DNA of 32,000 bases from Edaphobacter aggregans (GTDB lineage Bacteria > Acidobacteriota > Terriglobia > Terriglobales > Acidobacteriaceae), in the NCBI RefSeq assembly GCF_003945235.1, contig NZ_RSDW01000001.1:1950001-1982000 (forward strand), in the 5' to 3' direction. Made by a program: the position numbers and the translations under genes. This document shows positions 7,181 to 13,847 of the stretch, in pieces. The notes under the pieces are model-generated. The model was not told the DNA's origin and did not search any database. It saw nothing but the letters and a program-made list of their open reading frames with translations. Each line of letters starts with the position of its first letter. Position 1 is the first letter of the stretch.

Positions 7181-8080
7181 ATGCAAATCCCATTCCTAAG
7201 AACCCTAGGCCTGATATTCCTTCTTGCAAACTTTGTGCCACGCATCGATGCACAAATCAGGCCGCAATGGACCACCCCGCTCTCGCCGTTTCAGCTCGCA
7301 GATAACCTCTACTACGTCGGCAGCAAAGATCTAGCGGCGTACCTGGTAACGACGCCCGCCGGAAACATCTTGATCAACGCCAACCTGCCCTCCTCCCCTT
7401 CACAGATCAGAGCCAGCGTAGAACAGCTCGGCTTCCGCTGGAAGGACACGAAAATCCTCCTCATCGGGCAGGCCCATTACGACCACGCAGGCGGCAGCGC
7501 CGAAGTCCTGCGCGAAACCCACGCTCAATTGATGGTCATGGAGTACGACGCAGACGTTGTTCAAACAGGAGGACTCACCGACTTCCTCCACGCCTCCGGT
7601 TCAGTACCAACCTATCCACCTGCGCACGTCGACCGCGTCCTGCATGACGGCGACACCGTAACCCTCGGCGGCACCACTCTCACCGCTCACCGCACCGCCG
7701 GTCATACCCGCGGCTGCACAACCTGGACGATGCACGTGCATCTCCCCAAAGAACCTGCCGGCACGCTTCGTAATGCAGTCATCGTAGGCGGCTACACCCT
7801 ATGGTCAGATTTCCAGCTCGTCGACACGCCAACTCACCCAGCCTCCTACCCAGGCATTGCCGACGACTTCCGCCACACCTTCGCCATCTATAAAGCACTC
7901 CCCGTTGACGTCTTTTTAGCCGATCACGGCGAGCATTTTGGCCTTCTGGAAAAGTTCGCACGCATGCCCCGCGAAGGCGATGCCGTCTGGGTCGACCCCC
8001 AAGGCTACCGTGACGTCATAGAAGAGGGGAAGCACGCGTTTGAAAAGCAATTGGCGGAACAACAGGCCAGCAAAGAATAG
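7181..8080 (+). CDS. Subclass B3 metallo-beta-lactamase-fold hydrolase with a Gln116 variant metal site (QxHxDH); Sec signal peptide
   Basis: The signal is MQIPFLRTLGLIFLLANFVPRIDAQ. B3-type blocks present are FQLADNLYYVGSKDLAAYLVTTPAGNILIN, LLIGQAHYDHAGG (Q97-A-H-Y-D-H, nt 7469-7486), TAGHTRGCTTW and FLADHGEHF. Confidence 0.85.
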   Translation: MQIPFLRTLGLIFLLANFVPRIDAQIRPQWTTPLSPFQLADNLYYVGSKDLAAYLVTTPAGNILINANLPSSPSQIRASVEQLGFRWKDTKILLIGQAHYDHAGGSAEVLRETHAQLMVMEYDADVVQTGGLTDFLHASGSVPTYPPAHVDRVLHDGDTVTLGGTTLTAHRTAGHTRGCTTWTMHVHLPKEPAGTLRNAVIVGGYTLWSDFQLVDTPTHPASYPGIADDFRHTFAIYKALPVDVFLADHGEHFGLLEKFARMPREGDAVWVDPQGYRDVIEEGKHAFEKQLAEQQASKE

Positions 8081-8137
8081 GCCGGACAATCAATCCCCAA
8101 ACCAGCGGTAATCTCATCGCGTCGCTCATCGGCACCC

Positions 8138-8779
8138 CTAGGCCTCCGTCCCACCGACTACCTGTGGCTCAACCACAGACACATCATCTGGCATTGTCCA
8201 CACCCGTATCACCTCGGGTAGCGTCAACACAACAAATACCACCCCCGAAATCGCCACCGCGCTAATCAGCAATCCCAATCGCACCGGCCCGATTGGGGCA
8301 CGGAAACACACCACCCAGTACACCGCGGCCAACACCGGCAATCCTCGCCTCAACATCCGAAACGCTCGCCCCTCGGCATCCCGCTGCATGGCCGCATCGC
8401 GTTCATCCACATGACTGCTCTGCTCCCTCAGCTCTCGTCCCCAACGCCACTTAACCCGGTCCTGCTGCATCTCGGTCAACTCGACGAAAGCCTTGCCGTA
8501 CTGCATTCGAGCCCGATCCTCAAGACTCACAGAATTGCGACGGACCAGACGCGGCAAAAACCTTCCCATCCCAATGGCCGCCAGGCAAAGGACGAGAGAC
8601 GCCGCTCCATAGAGCCCGCTGCCATGCTCGCGCCAAGGATAGAGATCGAAGATTGCCGTCAGGAAAAACATCCCTGGCGTGAAGAGGCAAGCTACCAAAT
8701 TCCAGCGCCGCGTCCGCCGCGTAAGAATCGCTTTCGTTCCCATCATCTGAAGTCGTCGTAATAAAGTGCCTACCCCCAT
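8138..8779 (-). CDS. Paralog P4 of a four-member membrane-protein array (213 aa, about 4 TM), function unknown
   Basis: ATG at 8779-8777 shares its A with the P3 stop (TGATG); the track start at 8782 is GTG. P4 shares with P1-P3 a basic patch before TM1 (LTRRTRRW), the loop motif SLEDRARMQYG..LTEMQQ...DERDAAMQRDAEGRAFRMLRR and the tail LPEVIRVWTMPDDV. Confidence 0.8.
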   Translation of the reverse strand: MGVGTLLRRLQMMGTKAILTRRTRRWNLVACLFTPGMFFLTAIFDLYPWREHGSGLYGAASLVLCLAAIGMGRFLPRLVRRNSVSLEDRARMQYGKAFVELTEMQQDRVKWRWGRELREQSSHVDERDAAMQRDAEGRAFRMLRRGLPVLAAVYWVVCFRAPIGPVRLGLLISAVAISGVVFVVLTLPEVIRVWTMPDDVSVVEPQVVGGTEA

Positions 8780-9528
8780 CACACCTCCCTCTCAATCACC
8801 CGCGGCTCCCCAACCTCATCCGGCAGCGTCCACATCCGCACCAACGTCGGCAACAAAAACAGCGCAGTCGTCATCCATAGAAGAACTAGAGGGCTGTCCA
8901 CCAACAGTCCTCGCCACCTCAGCCACCATCCAAGCGCAACCTTTGGCGCCATCAGATACACCGCCCAGCCCGCCACCGTCACGACCACTGCCGACCTTCG
9001 CAGCAAACGGAAGGCCGTACGTTCCGCGCGTTCGTGCTGTGCAGCTTGCCACTCATCAGGGTGAAACGGTTGCGAGAACAGTTCCGCTCGATACCGCAAC
9101 AGCATCTCCCTGCGTTCCTGTGGCGTCAGCTTGTCGTAAGAGGTCCCATATTCAAGCACCGAACGCTCTTCCACGCTCGAACCAGCCATCGCCATCATCC
9201 ACTTCGAGAAAAAGAGCATCATCCCCATGTTGAACATCCACGTCATAGCGGTCACGAAGATGGCCAGCCGATGGGGCAGCCTATGCACACTGAGAGGGTC
9301 ATCAGACTCAACGTATGCCCATCCCCAGAGCACAACCGCAAAGACCAGGACAGTCAATACCGCCAGGGCTCGCCGTACACTCTGCCTATCTGCCCAACGG
9401 TTATACCGCCCAAACTGTCGTTGGACAGCAGGGTCCGGGACAACGATCGGAAGATGGTCAGAAAGCCACTGGGCAAATGGGTGCAGTCCGTATCCGTGTT
9501 GGCCTCGATCCATTGCTGCGTCGTCCAT
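8779..9528 (-). CDS. Paralog P3 of the membrane-protein array (249 aa), function unknown
   Basis: Track ORF 8779..9702 trimmed to ATG 9528-9526, which shares its A with the P2 stop (plus strand CATCA = TGATG). Motifs are SVEERSVLEYGTSYDKLTPQERR...DEWQAAQHERAERTAFRLLRR and the tail LPTLVRMWTLPDEVGEPRVIEREV. Confidence 0.8.
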   Translation of the reverse strand: MDDAAMDRGQHGYGLHPFAQWLSDHLPIVVPDPAVQRQFGRYNRWADRQSVRRALAVLTVLVFAVVLWGWAYVESDDPLSVHRLPHRLAIFVTAMTWMFNMGMMLFFSKWMMAMAGSSVEERSVLEYGTSYDKLTPQERREMLLRYRAELFSQPFHPDEWQAAQHERAERTAFRLLRRSAVVVTVAGWAVYLMAPKVALGWWLRWRGLLVDSPLVLLWMTTALFLLPTLVRMWTLPDEVGEPRVIEREV

Positions 9529-10382
9529 CACGCCTCCCGCTCCACCAACCCCAACTCCCCACTCGCTGCCCCCGGATCCTCGACCGACCAAAGCACGATC
9601 GCCTGCCGCAGCGTGATCATCAGCGTTACAAGCGTCCACACCCCGCTCACAACCGTCGACCGGCGTATCGTCCATCCTTTCATCACTGCCGTCGACACCC
9701 AAATTGCCGTCAACACCAATACCCAGTTCATCACGCGCTGCACCTTAGCGCGAACTAAGTTCTCCTCCTGACGAATCCGTTCATCATCCAGCAAAACCCG
9801 TTCGCCCCCATGCATCCACTTTCCCCGTGGATTCGCCCGGCGCAATTCCTCCACCTCGGCGCGCTGCTCCTCGTTCAACCTCCTGAACCTAACCCCGAAC
9901 TCATACCAGGCAAAACCGTCCAGCCCAACCGCAAATCCCATCCGAGCCAAACGCCGCTGTTGTCTCCAGTTCAGTCCCTCACCCTTTTGGATCACCTGCG
10001 CCAACCATCCACTGTCCGTCAGTGCCGCCATCCCTACCCAACTCAGAACGCTCGCGAAAGCCATCAAAAACGTCGCATAGAGAGCAGTATTAACAGGACT
10101 AGCCTTCCCATGCGATTGCCACATTTGCGCTCCTATACTGAATGCCCACAGAGCTGTAAAAGCCACTTTCAGTCCCGTCTCAGCCTCTTTGATCGTGGAC
10201 CAGACACGCGAGACAAACCACACCAGCCACAACGACTCCAGCGCACCATAAGCCCACCGCGGATGGACCCACACAACCACCAGAAACGCTGTATAGGTCG
10301 CCACCACTGCAATCCGCCGTCTCCATCTAGGCCGCATATCAATTCCAAACCAGCGTAGCTTCTTCTCATCCAGCGACAGCAT
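9528..10382 (-). CDS. Paralog P2 of the membrane-protein array (284 aa, about 6 TM, the most divergent), function unknown
   Basis: ATG at 10382 lies 3 nt after the P1 stop (TGAGGGATG). It has the basic patch RPRWRRRIAVV, the loop LNEEQRAEVEELRR...DDERIRQEENLVRAKVQRVMNWV and the tail LRQAIVLWSVEDPGAASGELGLVEREA. Confidence 0.75.
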   Translation of the reverse strand: MLSLDEKKLRWFGIDMRPRWRRRIAVVATYTAFLVVVWVHPRWAYGALESLWLVWFVSRVWSTIKEAETGLKVAFTALWAFSIGAQMWQSHGKASPVNTALYATFLMAFASVLSWVGMAALTDSGWLAQVIQKGEGLNWRQQRRLARMGFAVGLDGFAWYEFGVRFRRLNEEQRAEVEELRRANPRGKWMHGGERVLLDDERIRQEENLVRAKVQRVMNWVLVLTAIWVSTAVMKGWTIRRSTVVSGVWTLVTLMITLRQAIVLWSVEDPGAASGELGLVEREA

Positions 10383-10385
10383 CCC

Positions 10386-11078
10386 TCACGCCTCCCGTTC
10401 CATCGTCACCGCCCGCGGCTCCCCAACCTCATCCGGCTCCGTCCACATCCGCACCATCTGCGGCAGCGCCAGCACACCCATCACCACCCACGAAACCACC
10501 ACGGCGCTCACCACAAGCTCACTTCGAGCACTCCCACACGGACGGCTGAAGCACACCCCCCAATACCCCAGCACGAAGAGCACCAGCGCAGGCCGCAGTA
10601 TGCGGAACGCCACCCACGCAGCCTTCTGCTGCAACGCCATCTCCCGCTCATCCCGCGCCGCACGACCGATCACCCGTTCCCGAAGTAAGCGCTGATAAAG
10701 CAGCCCTCTCTCAGGCTCGCTCAACTGCTCAAACTCAACTCCATGCTCGGCAACGGCCCGATCTTCAAGACTGGTCTCCGCCATCGAGCGCCGCGAGATG
10801 TAAAGCGCCCATGCTCCCAGCGCCATCATGATCAGTGTGAACGTAAAAGCAAGCTCACCGTCCGTACCCCCATCCCGCCACACGTGAGCGACATGCATAG
10901 CCAGCCAGAACCAGACGCCCAGTAGTCCCACCCACAACACAATTGCCAGCCGCCGCGATCTCCGTCTTCGCTCCCAGCGCATAAACCCCAGCATCGTGCG
11001 CCATTGCCATGCACTCAGCGGCGACGGCCGATACAATCTGCGCCTGCGTGCAACCCTGTCCTCTCGCGGAGCCATCAT
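10386..11078 (-). CDS. Paralog P1 of the membrane-protein array (230 aa, about 4 TM), function unknown
   Basis: ATG at 11078-11076 shares its A with the XRE gene stop (TGATG). Motifs are WERRRRSRRLAIVLW, SLEDRAVAEHGVEFEQLSEPERG...DEREMALQQKAAWVAFRILR and the tail LPQMVRMWTEPDEVGEPRAVTMEREA. Confidence 0.8.
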   Translation of the reverse strand: MMAPREDRVARRRRLYRPSPLSAWQWRTMLGFMRWERRRRSRRLAIVLWVGLLGVWFWLAMHVAHVWRDGGTDGELAFTFTLIMMALGAWALYISRRSMAETSLEDRAVAEHGVEFEQLSEPERGLLYQRLLRERVIGRAARDEREMALQQKAAWVAFRILRPALVLFVLGYWGVCFSRPCGSARSELVVSAVVVSWVVMGVLALPQMVRMWTEPDEVGEPRAVTMEREA

Positions 11079-11323
11079 CACGCCCCCCGCCGCTGCATCT
11101 CGTACACCTGCTCACTCAAAGGACGAAACGGCTCCGGCGAAAACACAGCCTCCACCGGCAGCTTGAAGAACCGGCTGATCTTGAAAGCCAGCTCCAGCGA
11201 AGGCGTATAGTCCCCCCGCTCCAGAAACCCAATCGTCTGAGGATTCACCCCCACCTCCCGAGCCAATTCCTGCCGGCTCAACGACCGTTCCGAGCGCAGC
11301 ACAGCAATGCGGTTATAGAGCAT
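11078..11323 (-). CDS. Small XRE-family (Cro/CI-type HTH) transcriptional regulator, 81 aa
   Basis: The product from ATG 11323 is MLYNRIAVLRSERSLSRQELAREVGVNPQTIGFLERGDYTPSLELAFKISRFFKLPVEAVF. This is the classic short HTH_3 pattern (xRLxxLRxExxxSQxxLA...QTIxxxExGxxxPSLxLAxKIAxxF). The 14 upstream track codons start at TTG and overlap the predicted promoter. Confidence 0.9.
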   Translation of the reverse strand: MLYNRIAVLRSERSLSRQELAREVGVNPQTIGFLERGDYTPSLELAFKISRFFKLPVEAVFSPEPFRPLSEQVYEMQRRGA

Positions 11324-11340
11324 ATCGATTCCCCACCGAA

Positions 11341-11420
11341 ACAATACATTGCGTATAAGCAACAAGCAAGCCTGAAAACGCCACCCAAAAATAAAACCTG
11401 AAAAAGTGCCGATTTTTCAG
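11341..11420 (-). promoter_or_regulatory. Candidate promoter and operator for the XRE-led operon
   Basis: Read on the minus strand: TTGCTT (11369-11364), a 17-nt spacer, then TATTGT (11346-11341), about 18 nt before the ATG. Directly upstream are a CTGAAAA half-site (11372-11378) and the perfect inverted repeat CTGAAAAA-N7-TTTTTCAG (11398-11420). Confidence 0.35.
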
Positions 11421-11540
11421 CACTCCCAAAACGACAGTCCACAAACCACGATTGCCACACTTCTTTCCGTGAGTGATCCACGAAAAACCACCCGCCAGCA
11501 GCCGGTCTTCCCAAAACCCCCTCAAAAACGCCCGCAAACG

Positions 11541-11568
11541 CAGAAAAGCCCCAGCCGAAGCCGGGGCT
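11541..11568 (-). terminator. Intrinsic terminator after erpA
   Basis: On the minus strand GCCCCGGC-TTCG-GCTGGGGC (8 bp including one G-U, UUCG loop; 11567-11548) is followed by TTTT. It lies 24 nt after the erpA stop. Confidence 0.6.
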
Positions 11569-11590
11569 CACCACACCAAAAAAATTTCGA

Positions 11591-11977
11591 CTATACGCTG
11601 AAAGAAGACCCACACCCGCAGGTGCTCTTCACAGCGGCGTTCTCGAACTTGAAGCCCGCAGCCTCAAGCGTCTCAACATAATCCACCGTGCAGTTCTGCA
11701 GATACATCGCCGAGGTGGCGTCCACAAACACCTTTAGATCTTCGAACTTGTAGACCTTATCCATCATGCCGCTCTGGTTCTCAAACGACATCGAGTACTG
11801 GAAACCCGAGCATCCGCCACCAACCACGCCAATCCGCAACCCAGCCGGAACCGGATCCTGAGTCGCCATAATCTCCTTGACCTTCGCAATCGCGTTAGGG
11901 GTCAGCGTCACAGGCTGCGTCGAAGCGGGAACTCCAGTGACGACTTCAGCGGTAGGGGTAACGGTGGCAGTGGACAT
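11591..11977 (-). CDS. erpA: A-type iron-sulfur cluster insertion/carrier protein (HesB/IscA/ErpA family), 128 aa
   Basis: Key blocks are LRIGVVGGGCSGFQYSMSF and a C-terminal KSTCGCGSSFSV, which carry the three conserved Cys. AAGGAG lies 9 nt upstream of the ATG. Confidence 0.9.
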   Translation of the reverse strand: MSTATVTPTAEVVTGVPASTQPVTLTPNAIAKVKEIMATQDPVPAGLRIGVVGGGCSGFQYSMSFENQSGMMDKVYKFEDLKVFVDATSAMYLQNCTVDYVETLEAAGFKFENAAVKSTCGCGSSFSV

Positions 11978-12121
11978 CAGACGAATCTCCTTATAAATCT
12001 ACTTATTCAGTGTAGTCCCCTACCGCCCGAGCGGCAAGGTCACATATATCTAGATGCGTACCAGCTACATCGGATGCACCCAAACCTGATACTATTCCCC
12101 CACTCGCCTCATCTAAAGCCC

Positions 12122-12295
12122 ATGAAACCGCTGCTCTTTCTCTCGAATGCCTTCATCAACACCTTTGGCATCACACAGCCATCTCCAAAGGCAGCCAATC
12201 GAGCCGCGTGGTTCATCGCCGTCCTTTTGCTTGCCGTCATCGTGACCGTCGTCACCGTCGGGGTCTTCGTCGTTCATTCCTTATACCGTCACTAA
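12122..12295 (+). CDS. Possible small single-pass membrane protein (57 aa)
   Basis: The internal ATG of track ORF 12074..12295 gives MKPLLFLSNAFINTFGITQPSPKAANRAAWFIAVLLLAVIVTVVTVGVFVVHSLYRH. Support is limited to the open frame, one TM segment and host-like codon usage. Confidence 0.35.
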   Translation: MKPLLFLSNAFINTFGITQPSPKAANRAAWFIAVLLLAVIVTVVTVGVFVVHSLYRH

Positions 12296-12469
12296 CTTAC
12301 GAAATCCCCGTCACTAACCCGCATCTCCCCCATGAAAAACATGGTTCATCGTCCATACCTAGGCGTATGATTCCCTCGGACGGCCCGCAAACCACGAGCC
12401 CGGTACCAGACTCGCAGGTTCGAAGACCGCCTATGAAGTTGACCCTGCTAGGGGCGGAGGAACTTTATT

Positions 12470-12745
12470 ATGATGAGCGCTCTACCCATGATGCTCATTG
12501 TCTGGGCGGTGGTGGCGGCCTGCTTTCTAGCGCTGCTTGCCTACCGCGGGCAACTGACACGCTATGAAGAAGATCAGCTCTTCCTCAGCGACTCGGAATC
12601 CAACGAGCAAAAAGAACAGAGTGAGATCGTCCGCAAAGTAAATAAAATTCAGCCCTTCATCCGCGTCCTGGGCGTCGCCGCAGCAGTTATGACCGCTGGT
12701 ATCGTTGGCATCTTCACCTATGACGCGTGGCAACACTTGAAATAA
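12470..12745 (+). CDS. Small two-TM membrane protein (91 aa), function unknown
   Basis: GGAGG (12456-12460) lies 9 nt before the ATG. The product has an N-terminal TM (LPMMLIVWAVVAACFLALLAY), an acidic linker and a C-terminal TM (VLGVAAAVMTAGIVGIF). A terminator-like hairpin follows. Confidence 0.55.
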   Translation: MMSALPMMLIVWAVVAACFLALLAYRGQLTRYEEDQLFLSDSESNEQKEQSEIVRKVNKIQPFIRVLGVAAAVMTAGIVGIFTYDAWQHLK

Positions 12746-12780
12746 ATTCATCTCAGACCTGCATCGACTTCTGCATCACA

Positions 12781-12813
12781 CGGCCGGCTCGCAGCGAGTC
12801 GGCTGTTTGATTT
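12781..12813 (+). terminator. Intrinsic terminator-like hairpin
   Basis: CCGGCTCG-CAGC-GAGTCGG (one G-U pair) is followed by CTGTTTGATTT. It lies about 40 nt after the stop at 12745. Confidence 0.45.
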
Positions 12814-13159
12814 AACGCACCCTTCGCGTCAGGACAACTCGTCCACACTCCCTCCCATCTGACCTTATAGACTGCACGCACGAGAGCATGTAGTTCGGTA
12901 CGTCGAACGCACAGACTCAGCAGCCCAATCGAGATTTCAGCAGGAAAGGGCCATCAATATGACCATCCACTACGTTTCGATCTGAGCGTCCCCGCCTGCG
13001 ATTTTCTTTACAGATTAATCGTAGGTCTTGCTACGAAACGCGCGGGGACAGCATGGTGACTAATCAGCTCACGGTTCGATCCGTAGCTGGTTCAACCAAA
13101 CGAAATACAACTTAGTTCCAACAATTGACTTGCCGCGTTAGCGGCGAAGGAGCCCTCCC

Positions 13160-13723
13160 ATGTCCAGCAAGAACACAGCCGTCTTCGGCATCTACCCCAC
13201 ATCCGCCGCCGCAGAGCGTGCCGTTGATCGCCTGCTCGCACTCGGATTCACGAACTCGTCTGTCTCAGTCCTGCTGCAGGATGACGCCAGCACCCGCGAC
13301 TTCGCTCACGAGAAAAACACCAAAGCGCCCGAAGGCACAGCCACTGGTGTAGCGACAGGTGGAGTCATCGGCGGAACGCTCGGCTTGCTTGCAGGCATCG
13401 GAGCACTAGCCATTCCCGGCATTGGTCCGCTCATCGCTGCCGGCCCCATCATGGCCACGCTCGCCGGGCTTGGAGTCGGCAGTACAGTAGGCGGTCTCGT
13501 CGGAGCTCTCGTCGGCATGGGCATCCCCGAGTATGAAGCCAAGCGCTACGAAGGCCGCGTCAAGAACGGAGGAACACTTCTCTCCGTGCACTGCGACACG
13601 CTCGGTCAGATCTCAACCGCCAAAGACGTCCTTAAAGCCACCGGCGCGGACGATGTTTCCTCAACCTCGGAGGCGCCTGCATCACAGGAAGTCCGCGAGA
13701 CCGCTGTCTACACCAGAGCTTGA
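13160..13723 (+). CDS. Glycine-zipper membrane protein of the general-stress-protein type (187 aa)
   Basis: GAAGGAG lies 7 nt upstream. The N-terminal domain is VFGIYPTSAAAERAVDRLLALGF. A central Gly-rich hydrophobic region follows (GVATGGVIGGTLGLLAGIGALAIPGIGPLIAAGPIMATLAGLGVGSTVGGLVGALVGMG), then IPEYEAKRYEGRVKNGGTLLSVH. From memory this matches widespread proteins annotated as general stress or DUF-type; the functional call is weak. Confidence 0.75.
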   Translation: MSSKNTAVFGIYPTSAAAERAVDRLLALGFTNSSVSVLLQDDASTRDFAHEKNTKAPEGTATGVATGGVIGGTLGLLAGIGALAIPGIGPLIAAGPIMATLAGLGVGSTVGGLVGALVGMGIPEYEAKRYEGRVKNGGTLLSVHCDTLGQISTAKDVLKATGADDVSSTSEAPASQEVRETAVYTRA

Positions 13724-13785
13724 TATAGCCCCGAAGGCTCTATCCTGAGCACCGAATAAGCATCGAGCCTTCGGTTCGCAAATGT

Positions 13786-13833
13786 CGAAAAAACACAAAA
13801 GGGACGAGCACGAAAGCTCGTCCCTTGTTTACA
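13786..13833. terminator. Bidirectional intrinsic terminator between the convergent stress-protein gene and gnd
   Basis: The stem GGGACGAGC-ACGAAA-GCTCGTCCC (13801-13824) is preceded by AAAAAACACAAAA, which reads TTTTGTGTTTTTT after the hairpin on the minus strand. On the plus strand it is followed by TTGTTT. Confidence 0.75.
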
Positions 13834-13847
13834 TTCGTTGCAAAAGA

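Noticed and set aside
9529-9702. A 58-codon N-terminal extension of paralog P3 in the track (start at 9702)
   Set aside because: It would overlap P2 by 175 nt. The extension is Gly/Asp/Ala-rich junk, and the internal ATG at 9528 reproduces the TGATG junction seen at the other gene boundaries.
8411-11401. Many alternative-frame ORFs over the XRE/paralog operon (for example 8766..9233, 9034..9771, 9227..9616, 9315..9758, 9810..10358 and 11009..11401, plus the minus off-frame ORFs)
   Set aside because: They are Pro/Arg/His/Ser-rich shadows. The four paralogs and the XRE gene explain the region through mutual homology and coupled junctions.
13066-13098. A GGTTCGATCC-containing hairpin ending ..CAACCA considered as a tRNA gene
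   Set aside because: The T-loop has 6 nt instead of 7. The acceptor register does not fit the CCA, and no complementary 5' acceptor strand, D arm or anticodon arm can be drawn in the preceding 60 nt. At most it is a fragment (kept as a low-interest note).
13741-13777. TATCCTGAGC followed by the hairpin CGAGCC-TTCG-GTTCG, considered as a seventh copy of the GTCATCCTGAGCGG repeat
   Set aside because: Only a 9-mer (ATCCTGAGC) matches. The conserved loop and 3' flank of the long-form repeat are absent, so the similarity may be chance.
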